The notes beneath the pieces are model-generated. The model was not told where the DNA came from. It did not search any database and saw only the letters and a program-made list of their open reading frames with translations. This document shows, piece by piece, positions 56,068-64,000 of a DNA stretch of 64,000 bases. A program made the translations under genes and the position numbers. Numbering within the stretch: the first letter of the stretch is position 1; each line of letters starts with the position of its first letter. The stretch comes from the human T2T-CHM13v2.0 reference genome, Homo sapiens. The stretch lies in the NCBI RefSeq assembly GCF_009914755.1, contig NC_060937.1; one strand, 5' to 3'.

Positions 56068-57422
56068 ATATTGTTACAATTTTTTTTTCTTAATGCCAAT
56101 ATAACAAACCGAGAATATCATTAAAATTTAATATCCTGTGTCAGTTTATGCACAGGCAGAGTAGTTATATACTTAGTGTTAATTCAGATAGGTCCAAGGG
56201 AGGTTCTTGAGATTAATCATTTTATCTCTAGGCTCTAAAATTTTTTGGTTTTTTTTTTATCGCTGGGTTCTGATCTCTATTAAAATTCAAAGACTCTTGG
56301 AAGAAGGGTTACCTTTCTGACTATAGCTAGTAATTGAGATTAAAAGGCCTGAAATCTAAAAAGAAATGGACATAAGAAAAATAAGATATTGGTAAAAAAA
56401 ATTTTTAATAGGGAAGCATGAGAAAAAATGTCAGGAAAAATAAAATCTTGGTAAAAAATATTAATAGGAAAGTATGAGAAAGTGTCACATTTTTTTTCCT
56501 TGGGTGTTTGGGAAAAGTAAAGGTATGAGTATGCTGACCTTTTCTAAAGAAATAAATATACTGGTCTTTAGAATTTTTGTCATTGTGGTGAACTATTTAT
56601 AACTGACCTATTCGATAGTCCTAAGTATGTTAATGGTGGATACTGCAATTTCTGAATGCTTCTTTCCTGATTTTCTGAGGTTTTTTTTTCCACATTTGCC
56701 AATATTAGACCAGAGGATTGAATATAGAGATAATGAAGACAGAAAAGGAGTGATATTTCTATATATGCATTTGTGGAATATTAATATGACTTAGAAGATC
56801 CACTCTAGAACATTACTTTGAGCAATGACTACAGGATAATTTCACTTGTTAGCTCCTGGGATGGAGATTGAATTCTAGTTCCAGTTCTTAGGATGCTAAT
56901 GTGAATATAAACACCAAAGGCTAACATATCCACTGTAGACTGAAATAAGTTATTTATTCATCCGTTATTCATGTTAATTCCACTGGTACACAGAAGTACA
57001 CATTTTCACTAATTATTAGGTGCTCAACCTCAAGACATATGCCCTGAGTTTCAATATTCTAATAAAATATTATTATACAAGGATAATAACAAATTGAAGA
57101 TAAAGATAAATTGAATCCTTTCAGAATGTCTAATAAATTCACATTCTTTAAGGATAACACATTTTTTTCCTATGCCCAAGATTCCAAAAGTTCAATTACA
57201 TCCAGGAATTGAGTTCTTATATTTAATTAAGTGAAACCTTGAAGAAAGACATATGCATAATATCCTAAAAAGATTTATATGTGTGTTAACCAATATTTGA
57301 AACAAATGAAATCTATAACATGTCTGATATTTTCATTGTTACTTATAGGGAAATATTGGGATTTAAGTCATTGAGATACCTTTACTGTTAATCAAAACCA
57401 CATAACTCAATTGAAATACTGA

Positions 57423-57721
<299 letters not shown>

Positions 57722-60700
57722 AAAAATGTTTTGAAGTTTTTGAAGAAACTTTCCTAAACATTGTTGCCTTATTTTATTCTTACAACAAATAGGAGGTGGT
57801 ATATAACCAGTTATTTCTCCCTTTTAGAAGTGATTAAAGTTTGATTATAAATAATACCTGGCTGAAGTGAGAACAAGAATCCAGAATTTATTTCCCTACA
57901 CCACTCCTTACTAACCATTTTAATATTTATAGTCTGTATCATCTCTATCCATTGTATATGTTCTCAAAATCTTTATTGGGGAGATGAAATAGAGAAGCCA
58001 TAGAGGTCTATGCTGTTATATCAGAAGTTTTATAACATGAAAATTGTAAAAATGATTAAATAACTGCAAAATATTTGAATATGATACAGTTGCTTCTTGA
58101 AATCTTGCAACATTGGATAAAGGCTGCAAGATGTGAAACAGAGGAGATTCACCTGTGCTAAGACGGGTCAAGCTAAATATTGTAAAAAGAAAGCAGGTTA
58201 AAATAGTACACATAGGATACCTTTCAGTGGGTTTACAAGAGACAAAACACAATCCAAATCTGGCGACCACACTTCCACCTTCTCCAAGGAAACTAAGGGA
58301 TTTCTAGAAGCAGCAGAACATTTTGATTAGGCACAAAATGGATTTTGCCCTTTTTATAGATGCTTTGTTTATGGAAATGCATCCTCGAATGCCTAAATCA
58401 GGAGTTGTTTGTGGACAAACTTCATATGGCACAATCTACATAAGCTTCTAACATTAATATATCTACGTAAGCTTCTAATGCTTAATGTGTTTGCATAATA
58501 CCCATTATTCCACATTTTACTTCCAGTTGCTCTGTTTCCAATGAGTATTTTTTTAAAAGCACAATTCAATATTGTTATTTTTATTCAGCATCCGTTTTTA
58601 ACTTTTTATTAGAATATTCCATCCATTTACATTTAAGTCGATTATTAATATTATTGGGTAACAGTCTACTATTTTTATCATGACCTATCGATCTATGATT
58701 CTCCGTTCCTCAGTTTTAGCCTTCTTTTAAGTGAATCTAGCATGTATTTTTTTTTTAGTGTTTTACTTTATCTTATATATTGACTTCTTAGGTATATTTG
58801 CCTGTTTTCTTTCTAGACAATAGAGCAAGTTTCTTTGCCATTAATGTATTCCTCAAATAATAATATTCTATATCCTGAACAATGTAAAAATCTTATAGTA
58901 GTTTAATACCATTTACCCCTTTCCTACTTGTTCTGTTTTTGTTCTCATATATTTCACATCTACATGTGCAATTATCCCATAACAATCAATGATTTTTAAA
59001 AATGTAAACATGCATATTTACAAATACGATTTTATGAAAAGCATTTTTTTTACATATTTACCTTTTTCCTTGTCTTCTTTGAATTTTTCTTTGTATAAAC
59101 TTCTCATAAAAATGCTTTCAAAGGTACAACACCATAAAACTCCAGGGGAACAAATTCTTATTGTGATCTTTGTGAATGGTGTTCCTTTGAGATGTGCTTT
59201 GCACATCTTGTATGTCATTACATTGTATCACAGTAATCTTCAAAGATAATCTAATATGATTGTTCTGATTTATTTCCAATTTCTATTCTAAACTTATTAA
59301 CTAATTTTTTGCTTCAATATTCTTCTTATTTTATATTAGCCGTTGTCAGTACGCCTGTGACTTCAGAATACATGTATAGCATGCAATAAAGTAACAAAAC
59401 TTAACTGATTTCTGAATACATTATTTTTCAAGTCACTGAAAACTTAATGTTTGTAATTAAAAACAAATGATAAAAGATATATTGAGCCAAGGGTTTTACA
59501 TCATAAAAGAATAGTGTATCACGCAAATAAAATAAAGAAGTGAATAAACTGGTAGTTTTACAATTTTACCAGGATAAGATTTATTTAAGTTGAAAGAATT
59601 TCAGTAAAGAGGGCAAAGCTGAAGATGCTTCAAAGTTATAGTAATCAAAGGCGTGTGTCAGGGTGAAAACTTATTTCACACAATGGTAGATAAAAGATAT
59701 TAATAGGCTTGTATGGCAAATAAAATATTTTGGAGGAATCCATATATGCACAGCTTTTCTTACTGTTGGGCCTATGCAAATTGAAATTTATCAGTATGTA
59801 TTCTTCAGGTGTGTATTATCTTACAGGAATTCCATCTGCATTGGTAAACAAATAAACAAAAAGATATCCTATAGTATACATACATAACATTGAAGCCTTA
59901 GGTCAATCTGAAGGCCAAGTCTTATGTTGAAGGCAAGTAATTCAGTAGCTAGCAACAGCTGCAATCACATAAGAAATGGAGAAATTTTGCTCTTCGCTTC
60001 TTTACTAGCTTTGTAGTTATCTTTATCTTTATTTTTTCAATAAATTTAAATACAAGGTCAAGTAAATTCATGAGAATATTGAAACTTACATAAAAATCAT
60101 ATTAATATGTCCCTTCAGAGATGTAAGTAAACTTATTCTAATGAGTTACAGGTAAAACTGTTTAAGACAAAGTGAAAATTTCAGAAAGAATAAAGACTAT
60201 TAAATAAATGGAGAAAAATATTACATTAAAGAAAAATAGCCCTAGATCTCATTAGTGAAAACATAATTTTACTTCAAAAAATTTACTTCAGAAAAGAACT
60301 AAAAATTATGTATAGCGATATTAAAAATATTAATCATCCTTCCTTTGAACCATTCAGTTAATGTGTACAAGCAGCTTGAAAATAGGTACAAGTTCCTTGA
60401 AAATAGAAATAATGTACAAGTATTCAATCGTATTTGAAATCTTTTATAATCCCAAATAATAATTACTGAGATCATTTTGACACCATATCATCAAAACAAA
60501 AAAAACTAATGGTATTCAATGTTTATATAGATTGCTATATTGAATATAGATTGCTATATTGAATGTATTCTTTGAATTATTTAATGTATTAATATCCACT
60601 TGAATTTTATTTTTTTAAATTTACTTTTACCTATCCTCCTTGTATCTGAGTTTTGACAAATTACCCGCATGTTAGATGTAAGCACTTCTCTTCAGAGGAG

Positions 60701-60778
60701 GAGGCAGAGCAAGATGGCCAAAGGGAAGCCTCCACTGATCATCCTCCCCACAAGAACATCAAATGTAACAACTATGTA

Positions 60779-60782
60779 CACG

Positions 60783-60830
<48 letters not shown>
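60779..60830. repeat. (CA)n microsatellite in the L1 5'UTR
   Basis: Read directly. Confidence 0.97.
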
Positions 60831-60832
<2 letters not shown>

Positions 60833-62637
60833 GCACCTTCATAAGAACCAAAAATCAGCTTAGTTATCAGGTCGTCCACAGCAGGGTAGAGCCCCAAGAT
60901 GCCCCGTTACAGCAGAAAACAAAATCAGAATGAACTCAGCTGACACCTACCCGTGGAGGGAGCATTTAAATCAGCCCTAGCCAGAGGGGAATTGCCTGGC
61001 CCAGTGGTTGGAAATTGAGTTCCCACAAGCCTTGCCACTGTAGACTAAAGTGCTATCGCGCCTTAAATAAACTTGGAAAGGAATCTTGGCCACAAGGACT
61101 GCAAATCCTAGGAAAGTTCTAGTACTGAACTGGGCTCAGAGCCAGTGGACTGAGGGGAACACAACCTACTGAGACACCAGCTGGTGCAGGTAAAGGAGCG
61201 CTGACACTGCAGCTCCCTTAGCTGCAGACTACATAGTTCATGGCTCCAAAGCAGATTCTTCTCTTCCACTTGAAGAGAAGAGAGGGAAGAGTGGGGAGGA
61301 CTATTTCTTGCATCTTGGTTACCAGCTCAGCCACAGCAGGATAGGGCACCAGTCAGAGTCGTGAGTTTCCCTTTCCAGGACCTAGATCCTGGATGACATT
61401 TCTAGACACACCCAGGGCCAGAAGGAAAACCAGCTGCCCTGAGTGGAAGGACCCAGTCCTGGAAGAATTCATCAGCTGCTAACTGAAGAACCCTTAGGTC
61501 CTGAATAACCAGCAGCAATACACAGGTACTACATTGAGGGATTTGAGTGAGTCTCTGAGACTCTCTGCTTTAAGGTGAGACTCAGCACATCCCCAGCTTT
61601 GGTGGCTACAGGGAAAGGCTCTTTTTTCTTGAGAAAAATGGAGGGAAAGGTAGAGAGGACTTTGTATTGCACTTTGGATACAAGCTTGCCAACAAGAGGG
61701 TAGAGCACCAAACAGGCTCTTGCAGTCCCCAACTCTAGGCCTTGGCTCTTGGATGATATTTCTGGACCTGCCTGGGGCCAGAGGGAAGCCTACTGCCCTG
61801 GAAAGTGAGTGCCACACCAGGCACCACTCACCACAATCTGACTGAAGAGACCTGAGGCTCTCTTTGGTAGCAGCCTGGTAGAACTCCACATGGGCCTGTG
61901 GTGGTGGTGGCCACGGGTGAGGCTCCTCTTTCTTTGGAAAGGGGAGGGAAGAGTAGGACATTCTGCTTTTTGTGGTTTTGATGCCAGCTCAGCTGCAGTA
62001 CAACAGAACACTGGATAGACTTCTAAGGTATTTGACTCTAGTCCCTCGCTCCCAGATGGCACCTCTGGACTTGCTTGGGGCCTGGGAGAACTCACCACCC
62101 TGAATGGAAGAACCAAGTCTGGCTTACTTTGCTACCTGCTGATGTGGCAACCTACAACCTTTAATGAACATAGGTGGTAGCCAGCTAGTGGTTGTAGTAG
62201 GCTACTAGGCTTTAGGCAGACAGAGTGCTGTGCTGGCTTCAGATCAGACAGAGCACAGTCCAAGTGGTGGTGGCCATAATGATCCTTGTGTACCCCTTCT
62301 CCAATTCCAGGCAGCTCAGCACAGATAGAGAGATTTCATTTGTTTGGGATAAAGCAAGGGAAGAGAACAAGTGTCTCTGCCTAGTAATCCAGAGAATTCT
62401 TCTATATCTTATTCAGGACCATCAAGGTACTACCTCTGCAAGTCTGCAAGAGCTACAGTGTTACTTGGATTGGAGTGCCCCCTAATTAAGACAGAACTGC
62501 AGTGATTAAAAGGCTAAATCATAAGACCCAAGTCCCTTTGAATACCTGGAAAGCCTTCCCAGGAAGGACAGGTACAAACAAAGCTGGATTGTTAAGACTA
62601 CAATAAATACTTAACTCTTCAAAGTCCAGACACCAAC

Positions 62638-63019
62638 TGATAAGGTTTGACTGCATCCCCACCCAAATCTCATCTTTATTTATAGTTCCCATAATCTCCT
62701 GTGTTGTGGGTGATACCTGGTGGGAGGTAATTGAATCATGGGAGCAGTTTCCCCCATGCTATTCTCGTGATAGTAAGTTCTCAGAAGATCTGAGGGTTTT
62801 ATAAGGTTCTTCCCCCTTCACTTGGCTCTTATTCTTCTTCTACCTGACAACATGTGAGGAAAGACATGTTTGCTTTCCCTTCTGCCATGAGCGTAAGTTT
62901 CCTGAGGCTTCCCCACCCATGCTGAACTGTGAATCAATTAAACCTCTTATTTTTTTTTTTTAATAAATCAACCAGTCTTGCGGGTGTCTTTATTAGCAGT
63001 GTGAGAACTGACTAATACA
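62638..63019 (+). mobile_element. THE1D-like MaLR solo LTR inserted in the L1 5'UTR
   Basis: Runs tgataaggtttgactgcatccccacccaaatctcatc...gactaataca. Perfect 5-bp TSD CCAAC. Confidence 0.92.
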
Positions 63020-63968
63020 CCAACAAACATCTACAAGTAACAAAACCATCTAGGACAACATGACCTCACAAAACAAACTAAATAAGGCACCAGAGTCCAA
63101 TCTCAGAGTGACAGAAACTTGTGACTTTTCAGACAGGGAATTCAAAATAGCTGTATTGAGGAAAGTCAACAAAATTCAAGATAACATAGAGAAGGAATTC
63201 AGAATTCTATGAGATAAATTTAACAAAGACATTAAAATAATTAAAATAATCAAGCAGAAATTCTGGAGTTGAAAAATGCAACTGACATATTGAATAATGC
63301 ATCAGAGTCTCATAATACCAGAATTGATCAAGCAGAAGAAAGAATTAGTGAGCTTGAAGACAGGCTATTTAAAAGTGCACAGTCAGAGAAAACAAAAGAA
63401 AAAAGAAAAAAAAATGAAGCACACCTACAGTATCTAGAAAATAGCCTCAAAAGGGTAAATCTAAAACTTCTTAGCCTTAAACAGAAAGTAGAGAGAGAGA
63501 TGTAGAAAGTTTATTCAAAGAAATAATAACACAGAACTTCCCAAACCTAGAGAGAGGTATCAATACTTAAAGTATACAATAATAGCTGAAATCTTCAACA
63601 CCCCACTTTCAGCACTGACAGTTCATCCAGAAATAAAATCAACAAAGAAACATTGAACTTAATCTGCACTAAATACCAAATGGGCCTAATTAATATTTAC
63701 AGAACATTTTATCCAAGGGCTGAAGAACACACAGTATTCTCCTCAGCACATTTATTATTCTCAAGGATAGACCATTTGTTATGTCAAAAACAAATCTTTT
63801 AAAAATTCAAAAAAAATTGAAATCACAGTAATTATCTCCTATGACCACAAAGAACTAAAACTAGAAATCAATAGAAGAGGAATTTTGAAAACTATACAAA
63901 CACATGGAAGTTAAACAATATGCTCCTGAATGACCAGTGGGTCAATAAGTAAATTAGGAGGAAAATGG

Positions 63969-64000
63969 GGCCTGGGTGAGGTGGTTAACATCTGTAATCC
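63969..64000 (+). mobile_element. Start of an Alu, cut by the window end
   Basis: ggcctgggtgaggtggttaacatctgtaatcc. Confidence 0.75.

Larger units (their letters stand above)
60695..63967 (+). mobile_element. Old L1 (L1M1/L1MA-type) with intact 5' start, long repeated 5'UTR, and ORF1 fused to the ORF2 EN region by an internal deletion
   Basis: gaggcagagcaagatggcc start (YY1-type motif). Three ~300-360 bp UTR repeat units near 61280, 61640 and 61940. ORF1 remnant RIDQAEERISELEDR (63269..63505). ORF2 ttcaacaccccactttcagca from ~63590. Confidence 0.9.

Noticed and set aside
55289-56104. ORFs of 70-113 aa
   Set aside because: Inside or overlapping the LTR27/28-like LTR, non-coding.

Overview
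Primate (human-like) AT-rich, CpG-poor intergenic or deep-intronic DNA with no recognisable spliced protein-coding exons, RNA genes or CRISPR arrays. The window is dominated by transposable elements: old L1s, about a dozen solo LTRs (MaLR, ERV1, ERVK, ERVL), Tigger/hAT DNA transposons, Alus, MIR and L2. Several are nested, with readable target-site duplications (TSDs). The one gene-derived feature is a 5'-truncated HNRNPA3 processed retrocopy (minus strand, 30277-31503). It keeps an open 294-aa frame (RRM2 + Gly-rich domain) and has an in-frame ATG and a splice-acceptor-like site supplied by flanking DNA. The most unusual structure is an AluY at 34138 whose TSD also encloses ~330 bp of unrelated MLT1 sequence and a second A-tail, the signature of an Alu-associated 3' transduction. 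I found no evidence of a new multi-gene system. Repeat subfamily names come from recalled consensus sequences and need RepeatMasker/Dfam confirmation.
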